A DNA stretch of 64,000 bases from assembly GCA_030390025.1 (NCBI GenBank), contig JASTWF010000034.1, forward strand, positions 2,976,001 to 3,040,000, written 5' to 3'. The position numbers and the translations under genes were made by a program. Below are positions 25,920 through 38,342 of this stretch, piece after piece (the first letter of the stretch is position 1; each line of letters opens with the position of its first letter). The stretch comes from Squalus acanthias. Its lineage: Eukaryota. The notes beneath the pieces were generated by a model, which saw only the letters and a list, made by a program, of their open reading frames with translations, did not search any database and was not told where the DNA came from.

Positions 25920-28420
25920 TCCTTTCAAAAGGCACTTGATAAAGTACCACATAATACCTCAATTGAAGCCCATGCGATTAAAGTGGCAGTGGGGCAACAT
26001 GGCTCGGAAATTGTCTAAGAGACAGAAAGCAGAGAGTTGTTGTAAACGGTCGCTTTTCAGACTCAGTCTACACTGGTGTTCCCCGGGGTCGGTGTGGGGA
26101 CCATTGCTCCTTTCATGTATATCAATGCCATGGACTTGGGTATACAGCGCATAATTTCGAACTCGGAAATGTTACTAAACAGTGAGAAGGAAAGTAACAG
26201 ACTTCAGAAGAAGACAGACAGACTGGTGAAATGGGCAGACGCATGGCAGATACAATTTAACACATAGAAGGATGAATTCACACATGTTGGTAGGAAGCAA
26301 GAGCAGAGGCAATATAAACTAAACGGTACAATTTCAAAGCGGGTGCACGATCAGAGAGACCTGGTGTGTACTTACACAAATCATTGAAGGTGGCAGGACA
26401 GCGATGGCTGTTAATAAAGCATACGGAGTCCTTGGCTTTACAAACAGAGTCATAGAGTAACAAAATCCAGGAAGGAATGCTAACGATTTATAAATCATTG
26501 GTTAGACCCCAGCTGGAGTATTGTGTCCAATTCTGAGCACCACACTTTGGCAAGCATGTCAAGAATGAGAGAAGGTGTAGAGGAGATTTACTAGGTCGAA
26601 AAATATCTATCCAGCCTAATCCCACTTTCCAGCTCTTGATCCGTAGCACTATAGGTTACAGCACTTCAAGTTCATATCCAAGTACTTTCTAAATGTGATG
26701 AGAGTTTCTGCCTCTACCACCCTTTCAGCCAGTGAGTTCCAGACCCCCACCACCCTCTGGGTGAAAATAATTCTCCTCATCTCCTCCAGAATCCTTCTAC
26801 CAATTACTTTAAATCTATGCCGCCGGTTATTGATCTCAGTGCTGAGGGAACCTGATGCATGCTATCCACTCTATCTAGGTCTCTCATAATTTTATACCTC
26901 TCAATTAAATCACCCCTCAGCCTCCTCTGTTCTAAAGTAAACAATCCCAGCCTTTCCAATCTTTCCTCATAGCTAAAATTCCCCAGTCCAGGCAGCATCC
27001 TCGTAAATCTTCTCTGTACCCTCTCCAGTGCAATCACATATTTCCTCTTATCTGGTGACCAGAACTGTGCACAGTACTCCAGCTGTGGCCTAACTAGTGT
27101 TTAATACAGTTCAAGTATAGCTTCCCTGCTCTTATGTTGTATGCCTTGGCTAATAAAGTAAAGTATCACATATGCCTTCTTAATTACCCTATCTACATGT
27201 CCTCTACTTTTGGGGATCTGTGGACATGCACTCCATGCTCCCTCTGTTCCTCTAAACTTCTCATTACCCTACCATTTGTGTATTCCCTTGGCTTGTTAGC
27301 CTTCCCCAAAAGCATTACCTCACACTTCTCTGGATTGAAGTCCATGTGCCAGTGTTCTGCCCACCTGACCAGTGCATTGATATTTTCCTGCAGTCAACAG
27401 CGTTCTTCCTCATGATCCACCACACAGCCAATTTTTATATCACAGCAAACTTATTAATCATGGCCCCAACATTGAAGTCTAAATCATTGATATAAACTAC
27501 AAAACGCAGGGACCTAGAACAGAGCCCTGTGGAACCTCACTGGAAACAGTCTTCCAATCACAAAAACACACATTGACCATTACCTTTTGCTTCCTGACAC
27601 TGAGCAAATTTTGGATCCAACTTGCCACTTTCCCTTGGATCCCAATGGGCTTTCACGTTTTTGACCAACCTGCCATGTGGGACCTTGTGAAAGGCCTTGC
27701 TAATATCTATGTGGACTACATCAAATGCACTAACCTCAACGATCCTCCTTGTACCTCCTCAAAAAATTCAATCAACTTAGTCAGACACGACCTTCTCTTA
27801 AAAATTCATGCTGACTGTCCTTGATTAATTCGTGACTTTCTAAATGGCGATTTATACTATCCCGCAGAATATTTCCAATAATTTTTCCACTACTGGGGTT
27901 AGGCTGACTGGCCTGTAATTGTTCAACCATTGTATCCCTTTTTAAACAATGTTAACAGTGCTCCAGTCCTCTGGCACCACACCTTTAGCCAGAGAGGATT
28001 GGAAAATGATTATCTGAGCCTCTGCTATTTCCTCCCTTGCCACTCTTAGTAGCCTGGGATATATTTCATCCGAGCCTCGTGTTTTATCTACTTTCAATTA
28101 TGCTAAACCACTTATTATTTACTCTCTCACTATGTTTATCTCATCTAATATTTTACACTCCTCATTTCCTACAATGTCTGCATCGTCCGTCTCTTCTGTG
28201 AAGAGAAATGCAAAGTATTTATTAAGAACCATACCCACATCTTCTGCCTCCACACACAGATTAACTTCTTGTTCTCTAATAAGCCCTATTCTTTCCTTAG
28301 TTATCTTCTTGCTCTTTATGTATTTATAAAACATCTTCGGGTTTTCCTTAATTTTACTTGCCAATATTTTATCATGCCCTTTCTTTGCTTTCCTAATTTC
28401 CTTTTTAATTTCACCACCGA
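25920..28420. mobile_element. Two CR1 fragments: plus strand ~25920-26595 and minus strand ~26600-28420
   Basis: RT and C-terminal remnants (LQKKTDRLVKWADAWQIQFN; ALERVQRRFTRMLPG; KENPKMFYKYIKSK). Confidence 0.85.
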
Positions 28421-29219
28421 ATGGTCTCCTTCCGTGCTGTAACGTTCTCTGATTCTATGTGCAAGAGACAGAGAGAGAGAAGAGGGAGAGGGAGAGCGAA
28501 AAAAAGAGAAAGTTAGGATTAAAAAGAGAGACAGAAAGACTGGGAGAGGCACAGAGGTAACGAAGTTAACTTTAAAAGGGGAATTGAATAAATACTTGAA
28601 GGGGAACAATTGGCAGCAATGTTGGAGAAGAGCTTGGGAATGGGACTAATTGGACGGGTGAGGCCATGATGGAATTTGAACTTAAGGAGGAGATTATTAA
28701 GATCGAGTTGTTGCTCGATCGGGAGCAAATGTTGGTCAGTGATCACAGGGGTGATGGGTTAACGGGACATGATGTGTGTTAGGATATGGGCAGCCAAGTT
28801 TTGGATGACCTCTAGTTTCTGGAGGCTTGTAACTGGGAGGCCGGCCAGGGCAGTATTGGAATAGTCGAATCTGGATTTAACAAAGGCATGGATGAGGATA
28901 TATGCAGAGGAAGGGCTGAGGCGGGATGGAGATGGGCAATATTGTGGATGTGGTGGTAGGCAGGACTGGTGCTTCCGAGGATTACAGATCTAATTGCTGA
29001 ATATAGAGACTTTACAGTGACACCAGCAGCAGCAGCAAAGGGGGAGAGTAAATTACAAGAACAGTAATACAGTTAGCAAAGGTTTGCAGAGTTAATAGTT
29101 GGACACAGAGACTTACCAGGAACAACAACAGCAGCAACGAGGAGGGAAGAGTAAATGACAAGAACTGTAATTCAGTTTAACATGATTTATAGAATTAATA
29201 GCTGGATACAGAGACTTAC

Positions 29220-29442
29220 CAGGAACACCAACAGCAGCGAGGAGGGGATAGTAAACGCATTGAATAATCACAAGAGCATAATAGATCCGATCCTCTAATA
29301 ACATTCTATCATAATATTCTGAAAGAATGTCAATATCCGAGAGGAAACTCCTGTCCATTGTTGTAGCATTCCAATCTACTGTTCTCAGATTCTGATCCAT
29401 TGTTGTAACATTCCAATCTACTGTTCTCAGATTCCGACCCAT
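29220..29442 (-). CDS. GPR139-like GPCR exon 1 (N-terminus and TM1 start)
   Basis: MGRNLRTVDWNVTT...IQCVYYPLLAAVGVP-G|GTAAGT; the phase-1 donor at 29219 joins in frame to the acceptor at 20413 (G+TT = Val, giving PVNLV); intron about 8.8 kb. Confidence 0.85.
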
Positions 29443-29612
29443 TGTTGTAACATTCCAATCTGCTGTTCTCAGATTCTGACTCCCTCTCTATGGAGCAGCG
29501 CGCTGATCCCTGTCAGTGCCGGAGGTGATGCTCTCACTGACACTATGTGATAACACATTTAAAGGAGTCACTTATTAATAGAAGAGGGAAACCCTGCACT
29601 GATACAATCAGA

Positions 29613-29768
29613 GTCCATGGAGACAGACATTAATTACAGTCACTGAACAAATAGCTTCAGTTAACCCGTGGAGACTGATATTAATTACAGTCACTGAACA
29701 AACAGCTTCAGTTAACCCGTGGAGACTGACATTAATTACAGTCACTGAACAAACAGCTTCAGTTAATC
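29613..29768. repeat. 3 x 51-bp direct repeat upstream of the GPCR start
   Basis: TAATTACAGTCACTGAACAAA at 29631, 29682 and 29733. Confidence 0.9.
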
Positions 29769-29809
29769 CCTTTCAATCCAACACTTTTTGTACCACAGTA
29801 AAGTAGAAC

Positions 29810-31595
29810 ATTTACCCGGTCCGGATGGGATGTATGAGGGTTGCTGAGGGAAGGAACAGTGCAAATAGCGCAGACTCTGGCCAGAATATCTCAATCCTCC
29901 TTGGATATGGGAATGGTGCCAGAGGACTGGGTTTTGCAACTGTTACACGCTGTTGAAAAAAGGAGAGTGGGATATACCCTGTAACTGCAGGCCAGACAGC
30001 CTAACGTCGGTGGTGGGGAAACTACTACAGTTCATATTCCAGGACAAAATTATCTGTAATTTGGGAAAACATGGATGAAAAAATGACAACCAGCAAAGAT
30101 TGGTTAAAAGTCTAAGTGTGTCTGACAAAATTGATTACGTTTCTGATGAAGGACTGGAGAGGGTTGATGAGGGTAGTGCGGTTGATGTTGTGTATATGGA
30201 CTTTCAAAAGGAGCATGATTAAGTGCCAATTAATAGACTTGATAGGGAAACGGAAACCCATGTGATTAAGAGGGCAGTGGCTGCATGGATATGACATTGG
30301 CTGAAGGGCAGATAACAGAGACTAGTGGTGAACGGTTGCTTTTCAGACAGAAGGGAAGTATAACGTGGTGTCCCCCAAGCGTCTATATTAGGGCCAGTGC
30401 TCTTTTTGACAGACATTAATGGCATGGACTAAAGTCTAAAGGCATAATTTAAAAGTTTGGAGATGTCACGGAACTGAGAAATGTAGTAAACAGTGAGGAG
30501 AGTAGCAGACTTCAGGAGCACTTAGACAGACTGGTGAAATGAGCAGAAACATAAGAAAAGAAAGACTTGCATTTATATAGCGCCTCTCACGACCACTGGA
30601 TGTCTCAAAGCACTTTACAGCCAATGTCGTAGTTTTGGAGTGAGGTCACTGTAGTAATGTGGGAAACGCAGCAGCCAATTAGCACACAGCAAGTTCCGAC
30701 AAACAGTACTGTAATAATGACCAGATAATCTGTTTTTCTTATTATGTTGATTGAGTAATAAATATTGGCCAGGACACTGGGGATAGCTCCCCTACTCTTC
30801 TTCGAAATAGTGCCATGGGGTCTTTTACGTCCACCCGAGAGAGCGGACGGGGCATCGGTTTAGCGTCTCATCTAAAAGACAGCACCTCCGACAGTGAAGC
30901 ACGCCCTCAGCACTGAACTATAGTGTCAGGCTAGATTTATGTGCTCAAATCCCTTGGAGAGGGATTTGACCCCACAACCTTTTGACTCAGAGGCGAGTGT
31001 GTTACCCACTGAGCCACAGCTGACACATGGCAGATAAAGTTTAACACAGAGAAAAGTAAATTGTTTCATTTTGGGAGGAAAAATGAGGAGAGGCAATATA
31101 AACTAAAAGGTATAATTTTATTATGTGGAGTGCAAGTACAGAGAGACCTGCGAGTTTATGTGCACAAATCTTTGAAGGTGGCAGAACAAATTGATAAGAC
31201 TGTTAAAATCACATACAGGATATTTGGCTTTGTAAATATAGGCATAGAGTAGAAAAGCAAGGAAGTTATGCAAAGCATTTATAAATGTTCGGCCTGAGCT
31301 GGAGTATTCTGTCCAATTCTTGGCATCATACTTTATGGAGGACATCAAGGCGCAGACGGGATTTAGTAGACTGGCACCAGAGATGAAATGTTTCTATTAT
31401 ATGCAAAGAGGGGAGAAGCTGAGATTTTCCCCCTTCGAGCAGATAAGATTAAGGGGAGATTTAATGGAGGTGTTCAAGGGTTTGGATAGAGCAAATAATG
31501 AAAAACTGTTTCCAGTGTTGGAAGGGTTGGTAACAAGAAGACACAGATATAAGATAATTGGCAAAAGATCCAGAGGGAAGACGAAGAGAATGTGT
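29810..31595 (+). mobile_element. Degenerate CR1 RT fragment containing a SINE
   Basis: Remnants of VTxLLKKG, VVYMDFQK, GVPQASILGP, HFGRKN, RLRGDLMEVFK. Confidence 0.8.
30553..31025 (-). mobile_element. tRNA-derived SINE (DeuSINE/SacSINE-like) nested in CR1
   Basis: Minus-strand head TGGCTCAGTGG..GGGTCAAATCC; 3' tail GCGCTATATAAATGCAAGTCTTTC; the CR1 sequence resumes on both sides. Confidence 0.65.
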
Positions 31596-33640
31596 TTGGC
31601 GTCCCAGAATATGGCCAACAAGTGTCTTTTGCAAGTGGAGTAAGTCAGTTCGGCGCCCCTTAAGATTCTGAAGACCGATGCAATAGTTAGCAGTCCGCCC
31701 TGGTTATCTTGACATAGGGCGGCGGTGGGCTTTTCTCCGTGGCTCCGACCTTCATGTGGAAGGGTTTGCTGGGATTGGGTGAAACCAGACATGTGGCTTG
31801 AGCAACTGCTTGCTTCAACGGCGCCATTGCGTCCGTGCACCCCTCAGCCCAGCCGGGTCGAACATGATGGTCATCTCCTTTAAGTTGTTCATGAAGTGGT
31901 GCAGCAGTCACCAGCCCAAGGAAGGAACGCAGTGCGGTCTTTGAGGTGGGCAGGGATAGAAGCTGGATGGTTTCGACCTTGTGCTGATCCGGGCTGATGC
32001 CGGATGCTCCGATTCGGACGTCTTTAAAGGTAACACAGTCCTGTGCCAATTGGGCCTTACGTGGGTGGACTTTTAGCCTGGCACAATTCAGTAGTCACAA
32101 TAGTTCTTGTCGGAGGGTTAGGTGCTGGGCGCGGTCTGTGGCGGCAAGCAGGATATCATCAACAGATTGAAGCAAATAGGAAGGTTGTGAAAACTCTTCA
32201 GAACCCTGGCCATGAGATTGTGGGAGCATTATGGAACCCCTGCGGCAAGCACGTCCAGGTGGAAACCTGATCCTCGAAGGTAAATGCGAATTTAAACTGA
32301 TCTTCCGTATCAGTCTAGTGTCCTGGACGGTGTCCGTGATAGCAGCGCACCGAAGCACTTTTTCTTTGGAGTTCTAGATGGCCCTGACTTTTAATTAGGC
32401 AACGGGCCCTCAACGGCCGCTACTGCAGCCTTGGCAGATGTCCTAGGGATATTGGCACGGGTCTGATCCCAAGCAGTCCTGGAGTGGGTGCGTACTTGTT
32501 CCACGGGTGTCTTTGGAGACGTAAACGCCCAGCGTGTTATGGACCAATGGTTGGAGGCCGTTCAAAAAGAGGTTTTTGAAGCTCGGGAGGTTGAAGTAAT
32601 TCCCTCCACCGCCTCTGGTGCGCTGGAAAATGTCATGGGGTTTATGCTCAAAGGCAGTCGGGCTTTCGGTGGGGCCCTGTGAGGTTGTCCCCTTCTAGTT
32701 CTGGGCGGGTGATTATAAAAATCCTCCAGCGCTGCCTGAGGTTGAGGGGGCTGGTGCCCAAATTCCCCGCCACGAGGTTAGCCTTTAGTGACCCTACATC
32801 AACAGCGGTAAGGGACCGATGCGTGGTTGTGTTAGTGTTTTTTGCCTCTCTACTAGTGGGAGTCGAGGATGCCGCCTCGCTATTCGGGTCTAAGCCAGCC
32901 TGGCGCCTGGGCTCGCGTGCCCTAGCTCGGGTGACCACACACACTGGTATCGTCTCCCCCGCCTCACCTTCCTTGTATGGTAGTGGCCGAGCAGAGGGTA
33001 AAGAGACTGTAGGTTCCCCAACGATGCTGTCCCAGCAGAGGCCGGGATCTTTTGGTTTGATTTTGGAGACAGCAGACACCACTGCCCGTTGTTGGCCGAT
33101 TTGTGCCTGAAGCTGTTGGATTGTTACGAAGCCCGGGATGTAGTCTGCTTCGGGGGAGCAGTGGTTTGCGCCGGTTTAATACCCTTAACGCTCCCCTTGC
33201 ATCCTCTAACTCCTCACACAATCTGGTGTTTCCTGCCTGGAGTCCAATATTCTGTTCGATTATTTGATCTAGTTTCTTTTGTGTATACTGCATTTTGTCA
33301 TGAATCTTTTGCTCCCAGCGCAACTGATTGCGGAGGCTCTAAAGGTTCTCTCACCATTCACTTCTTTCTTCACACATCTGTCTTTTAATCTTTGAACTCT
33401 TTAGTCTCCCTGTTTAACTGGGCAGCTCACACTGTGCCCCGTGAGCTAACCTGTCTCAGCGTCTCTTTATTTTAAGTTTGTTTTTCTGTACATCCTCGGA
33501 GAGTTTATCAATGATGTAGTCATATTTGCCGTTACCATCTGCTGAGATTTTTAGGAGGTCCGCTGCTCCGGACGTGCCGACTTTTTCTGTCAAGCTGTCT
33601 ACTAGCTTTTCTCGATGGTATGCCAACACCATTGTACCTC
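31595..33640 (-). mobile_element. Internally deleted LTR retroelement: gag-like coiled-coil fragments plus pol fragments
   Basis: YLLQSVDDILLA (RT), PTSKTALRSFLGLV, PFHMKVGAT, YSTCKRHLLAIFW; homologous to the plus-strand pol at 35500-36210; gag-like EELEDARGALRVLN. Confidence 0.8.
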
Positions 33641-34152
33641 TACTATGATGATGCAACGCATGGATCCCTCCCACGGGACGAACCCAAACCCTCTGGGATA
33701 AAACAACAATTGGCTCAGTTAGTTACCCTTTTAAAAAAGGACGAATTCAAGTCCTGTGGGACGGGTCAACTATTGGTCCAGTTGATAACCCTCATGAAAG
33801 CCCAAATTGTCACGGGGCTGGGGGGGAGAATGCAAAATCATTGACCGGTGCACGCAATCGCCAGTGCACACCCACTGGGAATGCAAAATCCTATTGTCAA
33901 TGCACATCCATTGGAGGGACCCCTGCAAGGATTCACCCTATGACAGGGATTGTCCCCTAAAGATTGGTCGGAAGTAGGGTTCCGACGTGATGGTAGCGGG
34001 AGACCTGTAATCCTTGTTGGCTTAAAAGTGGACCGGCAGCAGATTATGCTTAGAGACACTGGCTCAGCCGTTACCATCAACCACACCCCATACCCTGAAC
34101 GCCATGCAGCGGCGGGCAAGGGTTGTATGACCCTTAAAGGGTTTAATGGTGA

Positions 34153-34772
34153 TGAAGGGGAGTGAAAGAGTTAATTTGAACTCACTTTAAATTAAAATAT
34201 AACGAATTCTCATTTTCTGTATGAAACCGAAGAAAGCCAGGTGGGAGATAAGTCCTGGTTGAGCGTTGTGATACTTAGTTTCAATCAAGGTCATGAACAC
34301 AATGTAAGACTGTAAAAGCCCAGACACAGGGCCTCTAACAGTTTGCATATACACGGCATTAATGCTTTTAGTTTGTAACTGACAAAGATTAGAGTAATGG
34401 TATAGTTTGCAACATAATTATTTGGTATAACGAATTAATGGTTTAGTTTGCAACATAATTATTTAGTTTGAATTAAAATATAACGAATTAATGATTTAGC
34501 TTGAACTGACATAAATTGTTTAGAATATAATGAATTAATTGTAAGCTGTTTAAGTTTGAAATGGACATACTTATAATCATGTGATATTTTGTAACTATGT
34601 GATTGGACAACTCTTCAATAAAAGGTTGTCATTGACAACGAGAGGTCGAGAAGTGAAGTTATCAGACTAAGCAAGGTTCTGTGACACTTCTCCCAGGGAT
34701 CTCTGAATATTAAATAAAATGTTTCTCGCTTTACCTATAAACAGACTGGAGTGAAATAATTTCTCCCTTACA
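34153..34772 (+). mobile_element. Solo LTR (620 bp) inserted in the protease gene
   Basis: TGAAGGGG...CCCTTACA termini; perfect TSD GTGA (34149-34152, 34773-34776); AATAAA near 34713; excision restores the PR frame KGFNGDTNTAYTGKASELQLG. Confidence 0.88.
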
Positions 34773-37573
34773 GTGATACAAACACCGCGTATACAGGGAA
34801 GGCCTCTGAACTTCAGTTGGGATGCCTCACCTGTAAGGTCCCAGCGCCGATGCTGATGACCACCCCCGACGGAAGGGGGATTTTAGGGACTGATGTGTTG
34901 GATCAGAATGGCGCGGTAATAGATTACAATCGGGACTGTGTTTGGATGGGATTGAGAAATCATGCAAAAGCGATAGAAATTTCAGATGCTTACGCTGTTT
35001 TTGCTATTAAAAAGCTATCCGAGTATGATCCTCCGGGGAGCGAAAATGAAGCGGTGCAAAACTAATTCAGGAACACCTAGCGATGCTGGCCACGTGCAAG
35101 CACGATTGTGGAAAAATGGGAGGCGAAGAGTCTATTGAGGGACCCCCCCACTCATTCACTAAACAGTACCCCATCCCAACGGAGAGTCACCCGAGTCACC
35201 ATAAAATCTCCAGTCGAGAAGGGTGTTGTTAGGACAGGCACTTCCACAACCAATTCACCCACATGGCCGGTTAAAAAGCCTGATAGCAGCTGGCGACTGA
35301 CTATTGATTACAGAAAGTTAAATTCTGTAACGCCAGCCTGCTCACCGGTAGTAAGAGAAGCTCCCACCATATTATCTCAAATTGCTGCTGGTTCCAAGTA
35401 CTTCTCGACCCTCGACATGGCCAATTGATTCTGGAGTTTCCCTGTTAAAAGGGAGGACCAGTTATATTCGCGTTCACAGTTGAGGATCAGAGCTACACCT
35501 GGACATGCCTGCCTCAGGGGTTCCACAATGCCCCCCATGATCTTCCACTAAAGAATGGCTGCGGTTTTAAAAGACTTTTCCCGCCCTACCTGCTTGCTAC
35601 AGTATATAGACGGTCTACTGCTGGCAACCGATAACATGGAGGACCATCGGTCACTTTTGCACGAACTGTTGACATTCTTGGCTCAGGCGGGACTAAAGGT
35701 GAATCCCCGTAAGGCTCAGTTGGTAAAAGAACGGGTCACCTTTCTGGGAATGTCCATTTCTCCAGAGGGGTCGTCCCCCGACTCCTACAAGGTGGAGATA
35801 ATACTGCGACTACCATTACCCACTTCCAAAACAGCCCTACGATCATTCTTGGGTTTGGTGGGCTACCAAAGGAACTTTATCCCAGGCTTTGCAGAGTGTG
35901 CAAAGCCCCTGTATGATTTGATAAAACTGCAGGGTGATGACATACAGCTGGCATGGACTGATGATCACACCCAGTCCGTGGCCATATTAAAAACTGCAGT
36001 GATACAGGCCGCATGTCTGATTCCTCCAGTCCCACGCAGCCCTTCCATTTGGAGGTCGGGGCCACAGAAATAAGTCTCGCCGCAGTTCTGTGCCAAACGC
36101 GAGCTAATCGACGATAGCCCATTGCATATGCGTCTCGAATCCTGCAGGGGGCTGAAAAGACGTATACCGCGTGCGAGCGCCACCTGCTGGCCGTATTCTG
36201 GGCGGTGCATCATTTTACCTTTATTTGCGGGCTACAAGCTACCATCCTTCACAGCGCTCACACGCCTCTAAACCTACTGATGAAACCTGGAGATTCGCTA
36301 GTTTCCTCGCAGCACCTCAGCAAATGGACATTGGAATTGATGGAAAGAGACATTAGTATGATTTCCAAACCCACCACATTGCTGCCACAATTTCTGGTTT
36401 ATGAGGGGGAACCGCATGAATGTCCGCTACCCCTGATTAACTTTGAGACCCATCCTGTGCAGAAAGAGCCTATACAGGGAGCCCCAGATGTCTACATCGA
36501 TGTGTCCTCATATCACATCGAGGGATCCCCCCACACCGGGTATGCTGTGGTATTGCCAGAGAGAACCATCCAGCGACGATGCAACCGACAGTCCACACAA
36601 TATGCAGAAATCGCCGCACTTACAACCGCCGTGAAAGAAACCTGAGATAGACCCGTGAATATTTGGTCCCATAGTGCGTATGCTATAAACACCATGCTCT
36701 CCTTGCCCCTATACAACAAAAATGAGTACCGTACAATTGACGGTAAGGGACTGGTCCATGGGCCCTGGTTATGCCTGCTCTGGTCATACCTTAAACAGCG
36801 ATCCCATCCCTGTTTCTTAGAAAAGGTAGCAGCCCATAGAAAAGGGGCTTCACAAAGTGAGGGAAATTCCAGAGCAGACAGAGCAGTCAAGCACGCTGCG
36901 ATTAATGGGGTGATAGAGGATATAGTTGTTGAGCCCTGAAACGGCTCCCCAACATTCACCTAGATTTAAAATCCCTGCAGCAGCAATACTGGCCATACGC
37001 CGTTGTAAGCGCCTGGCACGAGGAAGGCAGACCCCTTCCTCAACCGACAGCCTCGGACCCCAATACCAGACTAGCCGCAGCCCCTGACTCAGCGGAGTAG
37101 TTGGTGATGTTCAAAAGAAAGAATATATATATGCCCGGTGTTGTGTGTTTCACCAGAGCTGGGTCAGGAACTGCTGTCCCTCTTTCACACCCACATCACG
37201 GCAGGGCACTATTCGGCCCTGGCAATCTTCAATAAGGTAGCATCCAAAGCTTGGTGGTCTGCCATGAGGGAAACAATCAACCAAATGTGGCACGATGCCG
37301 ACCGTGCCTGCAGCCCAATCCTCCCACGTGCACTAACCGAGCCTTGCTTCGAAGCGCGCCCCCACCTCAAGGGCCATGGACTCACCTCCAAATAGACTTC
37401 ATTGGGCCACTTCCACAGGCGCAAGGCAATTCTTGGCATGCCCTAGTGGTGGTGGATCAATTCACAAAATGGATCGAAGCATTTCCCTGGCGCTCCAACA
37501 CCGCAATCACGGATGCCAAAACACTATTAAATCATATGTTTTGTAGGTGGGGTGTACCGGTAAAAGTGGACAA

Positions 37574-38342
37574 GTGAATACACGTTAAATGGTTGGACAC
37601 TGAGTAATACAGAGGAACAATGGTACCTTGGAGTGCATGTCCACAGATCCCTGAAGGTAGCAGACCAGGTAGATAAGATGGTTAAGAAGGCATACGGAAT
37701 GCTTGCCTTTATTAGTCGTGGCATAGAATACAAGAGCAGGCGGGATATGCTTCAACTGTATAAAACAATAGTTAGGCCTCATCTAGAATACTGCATGCAG
37801 TTCGAGTCCCCACATTACAGGAAAGATGTGATTGCACTAGAGAGGGTACAGAGGAGATTTACAAGGATGTTGCCGGGAGTAGAGAATCTTAGCTATGAGG
37901 AAAGACTGGATAGGGTAGGGTTTGTTTTCCTTGGAACAGAGGAGGCTGAGGGGAGAACTTATTGAGGTGTTTAAAATTATGAAGGGCATGGATAAAGTGG
38001 ATAGAAAGGACCTGTTTCCCTTAGCAGAGGGGTCAAAAACCAGGGGGCACAGATTTAAAGTAATTAGTGGAAGGTTTAGAGGGGATTTGAGGGGAAATTT
38101 CTTCATCCAGAGGGTGGTGGGGGTCTGGAACTCACTGCCTGAAAGCGTGATAAAGGCAGGAACCCTAACCGCATTTAAAAAGTACTTGGATGTGCACTTG
38201 GGATGCTCCAACCTGCAGGGCTACGGACCAAGAGCTAGGAAGTGGGATTAGGCTGGATCGCTCTCTATTGGCCGGCGCGGACACGATGGGCCGAAATGGC
38301 CTCCTTCCGTGCTGTAACTTTCTATGATTCGATGATTCTATA
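37574..38342 (+). mobile_element. 5'-truncated CR1 inserted in the integrase core
   Basis: CR1 ORF2 C-terminus plus (CTATGATT)n-like tail; GACAA on both flanks; the integrase resumes afterwards (..HGSHFTG). Confidence 0.88.

Noticed and set aside
29613..29768. Link between this 51-bp repeat and the 51-bp satellite
   Set aside because: Same period, but only TTACAGT/CAGTTAA words are shared; likely coincidence
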